A DNA stretch of 64,000 bases from Marinobacter mangrovi (GCF_016798325.1 NZ_JAERVO010000003.1:455608-519607), one strand, 5' to 3'. Counted from the stretch's first letter, positions 44,676 to 54,842 are shown. A program made the numbers and translations. Notes: a model not told the origin generated them from the sequence alone.

Positions 44676-45542
44676 ATGCCCACCCCGCTGTACCAGCGCT
44701 GGCTGCCATTCCTGTGCAGCCTCGCCCTGCTATTCCCCGCGTCTGAACTCCACGCCGAAAAACCACAACTCACCCTGGCCCAGGTCTACGAAAAGGGCGA
44801 TGCCCTCAAAGGCTACTGGGTCAGCGAAAAACTCGACGGTGTGCGGGCCTATTGGGACGGTGAGCACCTGATTTCGCGTCAGGGCCATGCGTTTCATCCG
44901 CCGACCTGGTTTACCCGGGATTTTCCGGAGGTACCTCTGGATGGCGAATTGTGGATGGGACGCGGGACGTTTTCCGAGCTGTCCGGGGTGGTGCGCAAGC
45001 TCGAGCCGGTGGACAGCGAGTGGCGGCAGGTGCATTACGAGATTTTTGATCTGCCCGGGCGTGATCGCCCGTTTTCGGAGCGGGTGGCTCGCATGCGGTC
45101 GATGCTCAAGCCTTCGCCGTCACCCTACCTCGTTATGATCGAACAGACGCCGGCAACCACGCGGGAGGCGTTGATGGCGCGTCTGGACGAGGTGGTTGAT
45201 GAGGGCGGTGAAGGGCTGATGCTACATCGGGGCGGCGCCCTGTATGAAGCCGGTCGCTCGGACGATTTGCTGAAGGTGAAGCGGTATCAGGATGCCGAGG
45301 CCACGGTGGTGGGCTATTCGCCGGGGCAGGGGAAATACGAGGGCATGCTGGGGGCGCTGGTGGTGGAGCGTTCCGATGGCCGCCGGTTCAAGCTGGGTAG
45401 CGGGTTCAGTGATGAGCAGCGTGCGGATCCTCCGGCGATCGGGGCGACGGTGACCTACAAATATTATGGGCTGACGTCGACCGGGTTGCCTCGGTTCGCG
45501 AGTTTTATGCGGGTTCGGGATGAGGAGCCGGTGGCGGAATAG
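44676..45542 (+). CDS. Periplasmic ATP-dependent DNA ligase, LigE-like (copy 4, intact, 288 aa)
   Basis: Near-identical to copy 1 up to 'MRVRDEEPVAE*'; signal peptide, KxDG motif. Confidence 0.75.
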   Translation: MPTPLYQRWLPFLCSLALLFPASELHAEKPQLTLAQVYEKGDALKGYWVSEKLDGVRAYWDGEHLISRQGHAFHPPTWFTRDFPEVPLDGELWMGRGTFSELSGVVRKLEPVDSEWRQVHYEIFDLPGRDRPFSERVARMRSMLKPSPSPYLVMIEQTPATTREALMARLDEVVDEGGEGLMLHRGGALYEAGRSDDLLKVKRYQDAEATVVGYSPGQGKYEGMLGALVVERSDGRRFKLGSGFSDEQRADPPAIGATVTYKYYGLTSTGLPRFASFMRVRDEEPVAE

Positions 45543-45594
45543 GAGACGGGGCCCGATGCGGTTCGCTGGGTTCACCGGCATCCTGCGTGTTGCT

Positions 45595-46302
45595 TTATTT
45601 GAGCCCTTCCAGGGTTTTAAGCCATTGCTGGCCGCGGTTGGAGGCCAGGCCATCCGCCCAGCGGGTGGTTTCCGGGAGCCGGTATCGGGTAATGCAGGCC
45701 ATGACGTGGTCGATGGCGGTGGGCAGGCTGATGCGGTGGCCGGGTGAGATGAAGAGCGGCTTCACACCCGAGCGAGTGCGCAGGACCGCGCCGATGGTTT
45801 CGTCGCCATCAACCAGTGGCGTCCATTCGCCTTTGGTGTCGGGCACGGGGCCGTGGGTGCCGGTCAGGCGGCTCTTGCCGACGCCGATGCTGGGTAATCC
45901 GGTGAGCAGGCCGATGTGGGTGGCGATGCCGAGCCGTCGGGGATGGGCGATGCCCTGGCCGTCGCAGAGCAGCAGATCGGGCATGGTCTTCAACTGCCTT
46001 AACGCGTCCAGAATGACCGGGCACTCCCGGAAGGAGAGCAGGCCCGGCACGTAGGGAAACCGCGTCGGCAACCGGGCCAGTGCGTAATCGACCGGCGTCA
46101 GGTCTTCCCGATCCAGCACGACGATGGCTGCCCGTGCCGTCTGGCCATGGTCCTCGAACCCCACATCCACACCCGCCACGGTCCGGACCTCGGGGAGGTC
46201 GTCGTCCGTGTTGACTCGGGCACGCAACGACCGCTGCAAAGCAATCGCATCCTTGGGCGTGAGATCGGCCCACTCGGCGCTGAGGTCCGGCAGCATGACC
46301 AC
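45595..46302 (-). CDS. nfi: Endonuclease V (deoxyinosine 3' endonuclease)
   Basis: '[10 protein letters not shown]', '[11 protein letters not shown]', '[25 protein letters not shown]', '[10 protein letters not shown]', '[15 protein letters not shown]' match E. coli Nfi throughout. Confidence 0.85.
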   Translation of the reverse strand: MVMLPDLSAEWADLTPKDAIALQRSLRARVNTDDDLPEVRTVAGVDVGFEDHGQTARAAIVVLDREDLTPVDYALARLPTRFPYVPGLLSFRECPVILDALRQLKTMPDLLLCDGQGIAHPRRLGIATHIGLLTGLPSIGVGKSRLTGTHGPVPDTKGEWTPLVDGDETIGAVLRTRSGVKPLFISPGHRISLPTAIDHVMACITRYRLPETTRWADGLASNRGQQWLKTLEGLK

Positions 46303-46374
46303 TCCTTGACGATTCGTTAATGGCGCGTTGATCGAAAATCCGACAGAGTATCAGCCTCTTGCCCGGTTTCGATC

Positions 46375-47520
46375 GTGTCGGAGCCGGGGAATCCCGATCA
46401 GCAATCAAAGGAGTGTGCCGCGATGGCGGATGCTGGCGCAATCAGAAAGACAGGCCAACGGTTTGTTTTGATCCTGCTGGGCCTGTTCGTCTTGAATTCA
46501 ATGGCCTGGGCCGACAGCCGGAATGCGTGCAGCCGCAGAGTGACGACGGGCGAGGATCTCCAGGTCGCCCTGGACGGTTTGCCGGAAAACGGCAGTCACC
46601 AAATCGTCTGTCTCGATGCGGGCACGTTTCACCTGCAGGACATGGTGGTCCTGGAGCGCAACAACCTGACGCTTCGCGGGGCCGGCCCCGACAAGACGAT
46701 CCTGCAGATGGCCTCCGGGGTCTCCAGTCCAGTGCTGGTCCTGGGCGATGCCCATCACCAGGAACCCCAGCGCCCGATTCGTCAGGTAATCGTCGAAGGC
46801 CTGGGCATTCACGGCGGCGGCCACAGCGACAGTGAATTCCGGCCGGACCTGCCATACCTGAGCAACAGTGGCCTGATTGTCCGTCGCGGTGAGCAGATCA
46901 CGCTGCGTAACCTCGAGCTGAATGACTGCCGCAGCGCCTGCCTGCTGACGGAATACCACAGCAAGGACGTGCTGATGGAAAACAATCACGTCAGTGGTGC
47001 GGAATGGGACGGCATCTCCCTCAACCGGGCCGGTCCGACGCGGATTATCGGCAACACCATCGAGAACAACACGGCGGCCGGGATTACTGTGGAATTCATG
47101 GAAGGCAGTGAGATCCGCAACAATGTGATTGCCAACAACGGCTCCCATGGCCTCTATCTGGCGGATGCCGAGCACAACCGGTTTGAGAAGAACATGATCC
47201 GGACCAATGCCGGGGCCGGGGTGTTCCTGACCTGTTCGGTTCGCGATCGCGATCCGGTGCTGTGCTGGGACAACAGTTTCAGCCGGGACAACACGTTTGT
47301 GGATAACCGCTTCGAGCACAACCGCTTCGGCTACCAGGTGGCGGTGGACAAGGCGGCGAACTGTCTGGATTTCCCATCGCCTCCAAACGTCTCCCGGGGC
47401 GATACCTTTGTGGACAGCCCCAATCACGAGCCGGCCTGGGAGGAGTACGGGCATTGTCTCGCTTACGACGGCAGCAAGGCGGTGGAAACGGTCAGTCAAA
47501 AGGAAGCCGGGGCCCGGTAG
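46375..47520 (+). CDS. Secreted right-handed parallel beta-helix repeat protein
   Basis: Signal peptide; repeated 'N..I..N...G' turns ('IIGNTIENNTAAGITV', 'NNVIANNGSHGLYL'). Confidence 0.55.
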   Translation: MSEPGNPDQQSKECAAMADAGAIRKTGQRFVLILLGLFVLNSMAWADSRNACSRRVTTGEDLQVALDGLPENGSHQIVCLDAGTFHLQDMVVLERNNLTLRGAGPDKTILQMASGVSSPVLVLGDAHHQEPQRPIRQVIVEGLGIHGGGHSDSEFRPDLPYLSNSGLIVRRGEQITLRNLELNDCRSACLLTEYHSKDVLMENNHVSGAEWDGISLNRAGPTRIIGNTIENNTAAGITVEFMEGSEIRNNVIANNGSHGLYLADAEHNRFEKNMIRTNAGAGVFLTCSVRDRDPVLCWDNSFSRDNTFVDNRFEHNRFGYQVAVDKAANCLDFPSPPNVSRGDTFVDSPNHEPAWEEYGHCLAYDGSKAVETVSQKEAGAR

Positions 47521-47553
47521 TCCAACAGCTCCAGACTCCGGCTCGACACGTGT

Positions 47554-47958
47554 TCAGTGGTGGACGGCCCGCGGTAGCGCCTTGGCCTGTTTAATCCAGT
47601 CTTCCACCTGACTCATTCCGGGCAGTTGGCGGACCAGATTCCGTTCTTCGTTCACCTCGGCCATTTTGGCGTGCAGGTTGTCGGCCTTTCGCTGGGCCAG
47701 TTCCGGGACGGTATCGACACCGGCGTATTCGAGAAGGTCGGCATACTGGGTGCTGATGCCGTTGATCCGCGCCAGGTCCGCCCGGTTCACCCAGCCCAGG
47801 ATAAGTTTTTCGCTGATGCCGGTTTGCTCGGCGGTGGCCCGGCGCCCCTTGGGATCGCCGCAGGTCTTCAGCAGATCGGCCAGGGAATGGATATCGACCC
47901 GTTCCAGCTTGCCGGCGTAGGTCTCGCCGATGCCCTCGATTTCGGAAAGTTTGCTCAT
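47554..47958 (-). CDS. DUF4332-like helix-hairpin-helix protein
   Basis: 'LSEIEGIGETYAGKL', 'LARINGISTQYADLLEYAGVDT'. Start at ATG 47958 ('MSKLSE'); the longer track ORF to 48267 lacks a plausible start context. Confidence 0.45.
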   Translation of the reverse strand: MSKLSEIEGIGETYAGKLERVDIHSLADLLKTCGDPKGRRATAEQTGISEKLILGWVNRADLARINGISTQYADLLEYAGVDTVPELAQRKADNLHAKMAEVNEERNLVRQLPGMSQVEDWIKQAKALPRAVHH

Positions 47959-48232
47959 GGTATTGCTCCCGTAGCAGTCGCTGGACTGTTCTGACAGTCC
48001 GCAAACCGGCTGCAACGGGCGGGTATCCGCGACGGGGCGTCCACCAGGCAGCCGAGTGACCGCGAAGCCAAGTGTCCCATCTGGCCTAATACCGCATTTT
48101 AAATTTAGCCGACGCCAGCCAAAGTGAAAGGCCGTGATCACGCCGTAACCAGACGGTAACTGGCCGGGGGTATCGGCCAGTGCTAATCTCCTGAAAACCT
48201 TTTGATAATCGACGCACCGCCAGGGAATTGCG

Positions 48233-49543
48233 ATGCCATCCGAAGCCAGTCCGACTGCAGTACCCACCGCCGGGAGTCGGCGCGCCCTCTGGTCCTGGGC
48301 CTTCTACGATTGGGCCAACAGCGCCTTCTTTACCATTATCCTCACCTTCGTGTTTGCCCGTTATTTCAGTCAGTCCGTGGTTCAGGACGATGTGGCCGGC
48401 ACCGAGGCATGGGGCAACATCATAGGGATTTCCGGCCTGTTTATAGCGGTCCTGGCGCCGATTCTCGGGGCCATAGCGGACCAGTCCGGCCGTCTCAAAC
48501 CCTGGCTGGTGACGTTTACCCTGCTGTGTGTGTTCGCCAGCGGTATGCTCTGGTTCATCACTCCGAGTGCCGATCAGTTCTGGCCGGCGGCGATCTGGGT
48601 GGGCCTGGGTGTCCTCGGCGCCGAGTTTGCCTTTATCTTCTACAACGCCATGCTGCCCGAACTGGCGCCGCCGGATCATGTCGGGCGCTGGTCCGGTTGG
48701 GGCTGGGGCCTGGGTTATGTGGGCGGCGTGCTCAGTCTGGTGGTGGCCCTTTACGCCTTCATCGAGCCGGAAGGGGCCTGGCTGGGGCTGGATGCAGCGC
48801 AGGCGGAGCCGGTCCGGGCTACGTTCGTGTTGGTCGCGATCTGGTATCTGGTGTTTTCACTGCCCATTTTCTTCCTCACACCGGATCGTCCGCCGACCGG
48901 AATACCGGCGGGTCAGGCCGTGCGCGGGGGGCTGCGCCAGATTGCCGAGTCCATCCGGCACGTGCGCCAGTACCGGCACATCCTGCGCTTTCTGATCGCG
49001 CGCATGATCTATACCGACGGCCTGGCGACGGTCTTCACGTTTGGCGGCGTCTATGCCGCGGGCACCTTCGGGATGGAGCAGACCCAGGTGCTGCAGTTCG
49101 CCATCGCCCTGAACATCACGGCCGGGCTGGGCGCCGTGGGCTTTGCCTGGGTCGACGATGCCATTGGCGGGCGCAACACCGTGCTGCTGTCCCTGGTGGG
49201 CCTGGGGGCCAGCGCGCTGGCGATCCTGGTGGTGGAGTCCGTGGCCGGCTTCTGGACCTGGGGGATGATTCTGGGGATTTTTGTGGGGCCGCTGCAATCC
49301 GCCAGCCGCTCGTTCCTGGCGCGCATCGCGCCGGAACATCTGCAGACGGAAATGTTTGGCCTGTTTGCCTTCTCCGGCAAGGCGACGGCGTTCGCCGGGC
49401 CGCTGCTGGTAGGCGCGGTGACCGCTGCAACGGGCAGTCAACGCTGGGGTATGGCGACGATCCTGGCTTTCCTGCTGATCGGTTTCCTGCTGATGCTGAC
49501 CGTCCCGCCGGCCGACCGCGTGAAGGCGGAAGCGGCGGCTTGA
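48233..49543 (+). CDS. MFS transporter (UMF1/Atg22-like)
   Basis: 'WAFYDWANSAF' signature and about 12 TM helices. Confidence 0.7.
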   Translation: MPSEASPTAVPTAGSRRALWSWAFYDWANSAFFTIILTFVFARYFSQSVVQDDVAGTEAWGNIIGISGLFIAVLAPILGAIADQSGRLKPWLVTFTLLCVFASGMLWFITPSADQFWPAAIWVGLGVLGAEFAFIFYNAMLPELAPPDHVGRWSGWGWGLGYVGGVLSLVVALYAFIEPEGAWLGLDAAQAEPVRATFVLVAIWYLVFSLPIFFLTPDRPPTGIPAGQAVRGGLRQIAESIRHVRQYRHILRFLIARMIYTDGLATVFTFGGVYAAGTFGMEQTQVLQFAIALNITAGLGAVGFAWVDDAIGGRNTVLLSLVGLGASALAILVVESVAGFWTWGMILGIFVGPLQSASRSFLARIAPEHLQTEMFGLFAFSGKATAFAGPLLVGAVTAATGSQRWGMATILAFLLIGFLLMLTVPPADRVKAEAAA

Positions 49544-49597
49544 TACCCGCCTGCCGAGCGTTCACTCTGGAGGTGTGCACGATTCCGGAGGGCCCAC

Positions 49598-50566
49598 ATG
49601 ACTCAGACCCCGATACCGGATGCGCAGGCCATCCACGATGCCGAGGCCCGTATCCGGCCTTACCTGTCCGAAACGCCCCTGCTCCGGGTGCCCGACCTGG
49701 ACGCCATGATGGGCGTGCCGCTCCACCTCAAACTGGAAACCCTGCAGCGAACCGGCAGCTTCAAGGCTCGCGGCGCCCTCAACTGGGTTCTAACGGCCGA
49801 ACCGGAAGAGTTGCGACGGGGGCTGGTGACGGTCTCCGCCGGCAACCACGCTCTCGCACTGGCCTGGGCCGCGGCGAAGCGTGAGGTACCTGTGACGGTG
49901 GTGATGCCCGAAGGCTCCAGCCCGCTGAAAGTCCGCGGTACGGAATCGCTGGGGGCGACGGTGATTGTCCAGGGCACGATCCAGGAGGCGGTGTCTCATT
50001 GCCATCGCCTGCGCGACGAGTCCGGGCTGACGCTGGTCCACCCCTATAACGATCCGCGTGTGATGGCCGGGCAGGGCACCGTGGGTCTGGAGCTGCTGCG
50101 TCAGTGCCCGGACATGCGGCGTGTGCTGTGCCCGATTGGTGGCGGCGGCCTGATTTCCGGGCTGGGTTTGGCGTTGAAAGCGGCCCGGCCAGAGCTTGAG
50201 TTGATCGGTGTGGAGCCGGCGGGTGCGCCGACCATGCGCCATGCCTGGGATTGCCAGGATGCCGCCGCCGCACTGGATCAGGTCGACACCTGGGCGGCCA
50301 GCCTGGCGCCGGCGGTGGTGGGCGAAAACACCTACGCCGTGAGCCGGCGAGTGGTGGATGACATCCTGACGGTCAGCGAGGCGTCGATCCGGCAGGCGAC
50401 GCGATACCTGCTCTCCTGCGGCCACCTGATGGTGGAGCCGGGGGCCGCCGTTGGCCTGGCGGCGTTGATCGAGCATCGTCTGCCGTCGGTCGACGGCGAT
50501 ACCGTGCTGGTGCTGACCGGCGCGAATCTGGACCTGGAGCAGGTCGAGCGCTGCCTGGATGACTGA
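49598..50566 (+). CDS. PLP-dependent threonine/serine dehydratase family (fold-type II)
   Basis: PLP lysine motif 'TGSFKARGALN'; Gly-rich 'IGGGGLISG' loop. Confidence 0.7.
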   Translation: MTQTPIPDAQAIHDAEARIRPYLSETPLLRVPDLDAMMGVPLHLKLETLQRTGSFKARGALNWVLTAEPEELRRGLVTVSAGNHALALAWAAAKREVPVTVVMPEGSSPLKVRGTESLGATVIVQGTIQEAVSHCHRLRDESGLTLVHPYNDPRVMAGQGTVGLELLRQCPDMRRVLCPIGGGGLISGLGLALKAARPELELIGVEPAGAPTMRHAWDCQDAAAALDQVDTWAASLAPAVVGENTYAVSRRVVDDILTVSEASIRQATRYLLSCGHLMVEPGAAVGLAALIEHRLPSVDGDTVLVLTGANLDLEQVERCLDD

Positions 50567-51889
50567 TCACTGCTGACGGGCCATCTTCAGGAAACGGTGA
50601 TGGATCCGTCGAACCCCCAGGAAGACACCGCCCAGTACAACCGGTATGGCGATTCCCAGCACCAGCGATTTGTTGAACGTCCAGCCGTTGTCGTGGGCCG
50701 CATCCAGGCCCAGCTTCAACAGGCCGATCAGGTAGTAGCTGATTGCCACCACCGACAGCCCTTCCACCGTGTGCTGCATCATCAACTGGATTTTCGAACG
50801 CCGGTCCATGGAGCTCAGCAGTTCCTGGTTCTGGCTCTGGATGGCCAGCTCGACCCGGGTCCGCATCATCTCCGACGCCCGATCGACACGACGAGACAGA
50901 TCCTCCAACCGGTCGCCCACGGACTGGCAGGTTTCCACCGCCGGGGTCAGGCGCCGCGTCATGAATTCGGTGAGGGTCAGGTGGCCGCTCAACTCGTCTT
51001 CCCGCAGGGCTGCGAGTCGGGACAGCACCAACTGGTGATAGGCCCGTGTTGCCGTAAACCGGAACGTGGAGCGGGCGCGGAAGGCCTCGATGCGGGCGGC
51101 GATGTCGGTCAGTCGGGCCAGAATCGCCGGTTCGTCCACGTCCGCGTTGTCGGCCAGTGTCTGGGTGATGGCCGCCAGGGTCTGATCCATATCCGCCAGG
51201 CCGGGCGATATGTCCCGGGCCAGGGGCAGCGCCAGAAGCGCCATCAGCCGATAAGTCTCGATTTCCATGACCCGTTGGGTCAGCCGCCCCAACTGGCTGT
51301 CGGACATGTGGTGGTTGAGGATCATGAAACGGCCGAAGCCATCGCTGTGCAGCCGGAACGTCCCCCAGATCCGGGCCGCACCTTCCTGCGGGCTGCTGCC
51401 CACCAGGCGCAGCTCTTCAAACCAGGGCCGCACCCGCGCCAGGTCGACGTCCGGGCCGCCGGCCACCTGCTGCACGTCCAGGTGAAACGCCGCAACAACG
51501 GTTCCCTGTAATTGTTCCAGCCAGCCTTTGGGCAGATGGGTGATGCCGGTCGACGTAAACGGATCGGCCTCGGGATCGGCCCGACTGGTGAAGGTGTAGG
51601 AGGCAAATTCAAGGTGCATTTCCCGCCGGATGCGCAGGGTGCCGAAGTCCTTCTCGTAGCAGCTGACTTCATGGACGGGCGCCTCGAACCCCAACAGGCG
51701 GTGCAGGTGCTGCAGGTGTCGGAACTGTTCGCGACGCTGGCCCGGTGTGGTTAACAGCGCGATATGAGTTACCCGGGCCGGACAGGACAACACCTGGAAC
51801 GGCCGTGAATGCAGCTCGTTGTAGAGCTCATCGCGCAGCGGGTGCAAATCGAGACGGCCAAGTGACGGGTGCAAGGCAATGTTCCTCAA
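50567..51889 (-). CDS. Hypothetical protein with C-terminal TM helices (possibly DUF3422-like)
   Basis: 440 aa; family assignment from memory only. Confidence 0.35.
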   Translation of the reverse strand: MRNIALHPSLGRLDLHPLRDELYNELHSRPFQVLSCPARVTHIALLTTPGQRREQFRHLQHLHRLLGFEAPVHEVSCYEKDFGTLRIRREMHLEFASYTFTSRADPEADPFTSTGITHLPKGWLEQLQGTVVAAFHLDVQQVAGGPDVDLARVRPWFEELRLVGSSPQEGAARIWGTFRLHSDGFGRFMILNHHMSDSQLGRLTQRVMEIETYRLMALLALPLARDISPGLADMDQTLAAITQTLADNADVDEPAILARLTDIAARIEAFRARSTFRFTATRAYHQLVLSRLAALREDELSGHLTLTEFMTRRLTPAVETCQSVGDRLEDLSRRVDRASEMMRTRVELAIQSQNQELLSSMDRRSKIQLMMQHTVEGLSVVAISYYLIGLLKLGLDAAHDNGWTFNKSLVLGIAIPVVLGGVFLGVRRIHHRFLKMARQQ

Positions 51890-52151
51890 CGGGTTTTATG
51901 ACGGTCCTGTGATGACCATAGGCCAAAGCGGTGTTACCGGGAAGGCGACGATGGGAGGAGGTTGATCATCATGAATATGTGTCGAAAAAATTCACACACC
52001 TTGTTCATGCTTCTGAATAACCAGTGATTTTTTCACCTAAAGCGACTGATTTAGGGCATGAATTCCGTTTGTGGATCGCATATTGCTGCTGTCGGCGTCG
52101 GCCCGGATGGGCCCATGGATATGGACAGGATTCTAACGATAAGGAGTTGTT

Positions 52152-52739
52152 ATGAAGACGGGAGCAGTGTTGTTGGCTGGATGCCTGATGGCGGCGAATG
52201 CCGGCGCCGCAACGATTCACTTCACCGGTAACATCGAGTACCACAACGATGTCGTCTACACCTACTTCACCCTGGATAACGACGCGGACAACGTGCGTAT
52301 CTGGACGGATTCGTATCAGGATGGGACCAACTTTGATCCGATCACGGCCCTCTGGAATGCAGACGGATCACTGATTGATGAAAACGACGACAACAGTGGC
52401 ATCAACCCGTCGACCCAGACCCGTTATGACTCAGGGTTTTCACTGAGCAGCCTGGCGGCGGGGAATTACATCTTTACCATCGCCACCTTTAACAACGCGG
52501 CGCAAGGCAACATGCTGTCCGACGGGTTCGCATACGACGGCCTGGATCCGATTCCCCTGGCCGAATGGGATCAGCCCGCCAGTCACGAGGGCATGGGGCC
52601 GAACTGGAGCCTTTGGCTGGACGGCGTCGACAGCGCTTCCAACCCGGACGATGCGGCGTCCGTCCCCGAGCCGTCCTCCGTCGCCCTGTTGGGGCTGGGT
52701 CTGCTGGGCCTGGGACTGCGTCGCGCCCGTCGCGGTTGA
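52152..52739 (+). CDS. PEP-CTERM sorting-domain secreted protein
   Basis: Signal peptide; C-terminal 'VPEPSSVALLGLGLLGLGLRRARRG'. Confidence 0.7.
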   Translation: MKTGAVLLAGCLMAANAGAATIHFTGNIEYHNDVVYTYFTLDNDADNVRIWTDSYQDGTNFDPITALWNADGSLIDENDDNSGINPSTQTRYDSGFSLSSLAAGNYIFTIATFNNAAQGNMLSDGFAYDGLDPIPLAEWDQPASHEGMGPNWSLWLDGVDSASNPDDAASVPEPSSVALLGLGLLGLGLRRARRG

Positions 52740-52745
52740 GTCCCT

Positions 52746-52775
52746 GCGAGCTGGCGTGACAGAACGCCAGCTCGC
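52746..52775. terminator. 11-bp stem hairpin (gcgagctggcg-N8-cgccagctcgc) between convergent genes
   Basis: Perfect inverted repeat read directly; lies 7 nt after the PEP-CTERM gene stop and before the 3' end of the minus-strand gene; weak U tract. Confidence 0.4.
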
Positions 52776-52788
52776 TCAGAGCATCTTC

Positions 52789-53493
52789 CTAGATATACTC
52801 CCAAAGCCACTGCTCGACCTGTCGCTTGTCCTTGCGCGAGGTCAGGCGCTCGGTATCCAGTGACATCGGCTGGATCTGTGGGCATTGCACATCGCTGCAG
52901 TCCAGGCTGAAGGTCCGTGCCGCACCGAACGGGTGGTCTTCCGGTCCGTAGATGGAGATGATGGTCAGCCGCAGTGACAGGAAGTCCACCTCCCGGTCCC
53001 GGGGTAAGCCGTCATCCACCTGGACACCGCCGGCAACCGCAGCCCGCTCGATCAACTCCCGGAAACTCTTCACCTCGATACAGGCGCCACTGTGCAGCGG
53101 CCCCTGCCGCGTGCGTTCGCGGACGGGTTTGCGGTTCTCGTCATCGTCCAGGCTTTCGTCCGGGTCGGTGGCGGTGGTGCAGAAAACCCCTTCCGACGTT
53201 TCCAGCTCCACCACCAGGCACTGGATGAAGATGGGCTCCTTGCTCATGTTGCAGATCAGGCAGGGGGAATCCAGGTCGTCCTTGCCCACGCCCTTGTTGA
53301 TCAGCAGGCGCGGCCGGGTATCCCGCCGGTAGGTTGTGTAGAGGAGTTGCGCGTAGAACAGCCAGATGGCCAGCGTGCAGACGCTGGTGATGACCTGTAA
53401 TACGCCACTGTGTTGGTTGAGCCAGTCAATCAAAGACGCTCTCCTTGTCCTGATGGGCCCCGCGCGGGCGTTGCCTTCGAAACCGTCCAGCAT
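52789..53493 (-). CDS. Hypothetical membrane protein
   Basis: 234-aa ORF with one N-terminal TM helix. Confidence 0.35.
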   Translation of the reverse strand: MLDGFEGNARAGPIRTRRASLIDWLNQHSGVLQVITSVCTLAIWLFYAQLLYTTYRRDTRPRLLINKGVGKDDLDSPCLICNMSKEPIFIQCLVVELETSEGVFCTTATDPDESLDDDENRKPVRERTRQGPLHSGACIEVKSFRELIERAAVAGGVQVDDGLPRDREVDFLSLRLTIISIYGPEDHPFGAARTFSLDCSDVQCPQIQPMSLDTERLTSRKDKRQVEQWLWEYI

Positions 53494-53588
53494 GAACTTT
53501 CATCGATTCGACGACAAGCAAGGCCGGCCGAAGGGCTTTCCTGGTCTACGAATGATAGTCTGTACGGCTATTTAACGGGGACATCGAG

Positions 53589-54308
53589 ATGGGCGTACTC
53601 TTCGAAGAGATTGATAGCCAGCCGTCCGACATCGGCGAGATCACACTCCGGCGGCGACGCATTCCGGCGTTGGGCGACCGCGATATCTACGAAGTGAAAC
53701 TGGGCGAGGAATTCCTCATGTCCAGCATGTTCGTGGACGCCGAAATGGCGCTGGCGGACCTGGGCCTGGGTGCGTTGACCGGCGATGACTTTGCAGTGGT
53801 TGTGGGCGGTCTGGGGCTGGGTTATACCGCCGACGCCGCGCTGCGCGACAAGCGCGTGGGTGAGCTGCTGGTGGTGGAAATGCTGGAACCGGTCATCCGC
53901 TGGCACCAGCAGGAAAAAGTCCCGCTGGGCGCCGTGTTCAACCGGGACGATCGCTGCCGCTTCGTGAACGGCAGTTTCTTCGACCTGGCCGTCGAGGGTG
54001 GGTTTGATCCGTCGCAACCCGGGCGCCAGTTCGACGCCATCCTGCTGGACATCGACCATTCCCCGAGCGATTTCCTGGACGAGGGCAACGCCAGCTTCTA
54101 CCAGCCGGACAGCCTGCGCCTGATGAGCCGGCAGCTCAAGCCGGGTGGCATTTTCGCGGTCTGGTCCAATGAGCCGCCGGCAGACGCCTTCATGGCGGAT
54201 CTGGGGGCCGTCTTCACGGGTGTCGAGGCGAAGGTCGTCAGCTTCTTCAATCCGTTCCAGAACGGCGAATCGTCGAACACCGTCTACCTGGCCCGCCAGC
54301 CGGCCTGA
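53589..54308 (+). CDS. Spermidine-synthase-like (class I SAM-dependent fold) protein
   Basis: 'VVGGLGLGYTA', 'ILLDIDHSP' resemble aminopropyltransferase-like Rossmann motifs; tentative. Confidence 0.4.
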   Translation: MGVLFEEIDSQPSDIGEITLRRRRIPALGDRDIYEVKLGEEFLMSSMFVDAEMALADLGLGALTGDDFAVVVGGLGLGYTADAALRDKRVGELLVVEMLEPVIRWHQQEKVPLGAVFNRDDRCRFVNGSFFDLAVEGGFDPSQPGRQFDAILLDIDHSPSDFLDEGNASFYQPDSLRLMSRQLKPGGIFAVWSNEPPADAFMADLGAVFTGVEAKVVSFFNPFQNGESSNTVYLARQPA

Positions 54309-54317
54309 GCGATCGGT

Positions 54318-54761
54318 TCAGCGCCAGCTCACCAGGCAGCCACCGCGCACCCTGTAGCGCCCGGTTTCCTTGCCGCGGCGCTCGTAGACCCACCACTGGC
54401 CTTCCTTGTGGTCTGGATCCCCCAGCACGTAATTGAGTTGTTGAGCGCTCATGCCCGTCTTGACTTGCCGCCGCGCTCGCCAGGTGCGCAGCTGCGTTGA
54501 CTGGATGTAACCGAGATCGCAGCCATCGGTTGATGTCTTGCGGCTGGCGTGGTGGGCGGGTTGCCAGACGTCGACGTCGGTGCCGGTATCCAGTCGACCG
54601 CCGGTGGTCACCGGATGGACCTCGACCTCTTTTGCATGCTTCGAGCAAGCCGAGTCGGAAAAGATCACCTGGCCGTTGGGACCCTGACATTGATAGATGG
54701 CGGCGGACACCGCCGGACAGACACCCATGCCGAGCATGAGTATCAGTAGGGACGTGCGCAT
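54318..54761 (-). CDS. DUF4124-domain periplasmic protein
   Basis: Signal peptide then 'IYQCQGPNGQVIFSDSAC'. Confidence 0.55.
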   Translation of the reverse strand: MRTSLLILMLGMGVCPAVSAAIYQCQGPNGQVIFSDSACSKHAKEVEVHPVTTGGRLDTGTDVDVWQPAHHASRKTSTDGCDLGYIQSTQLRTWRARRQVKTGMSAQQLNYVLGDPDHKEGQWWVYERRGKETGRYRVRGGCLVSWR

Positions 54762-54842
54762 CCTGCGTTCTCCTGCCCGATCCGTGGGCGTTGGTTGTTC
54801 TCTTAACGCATCAGCCTACCAGAAAGGACCGATGGCTGCCCG

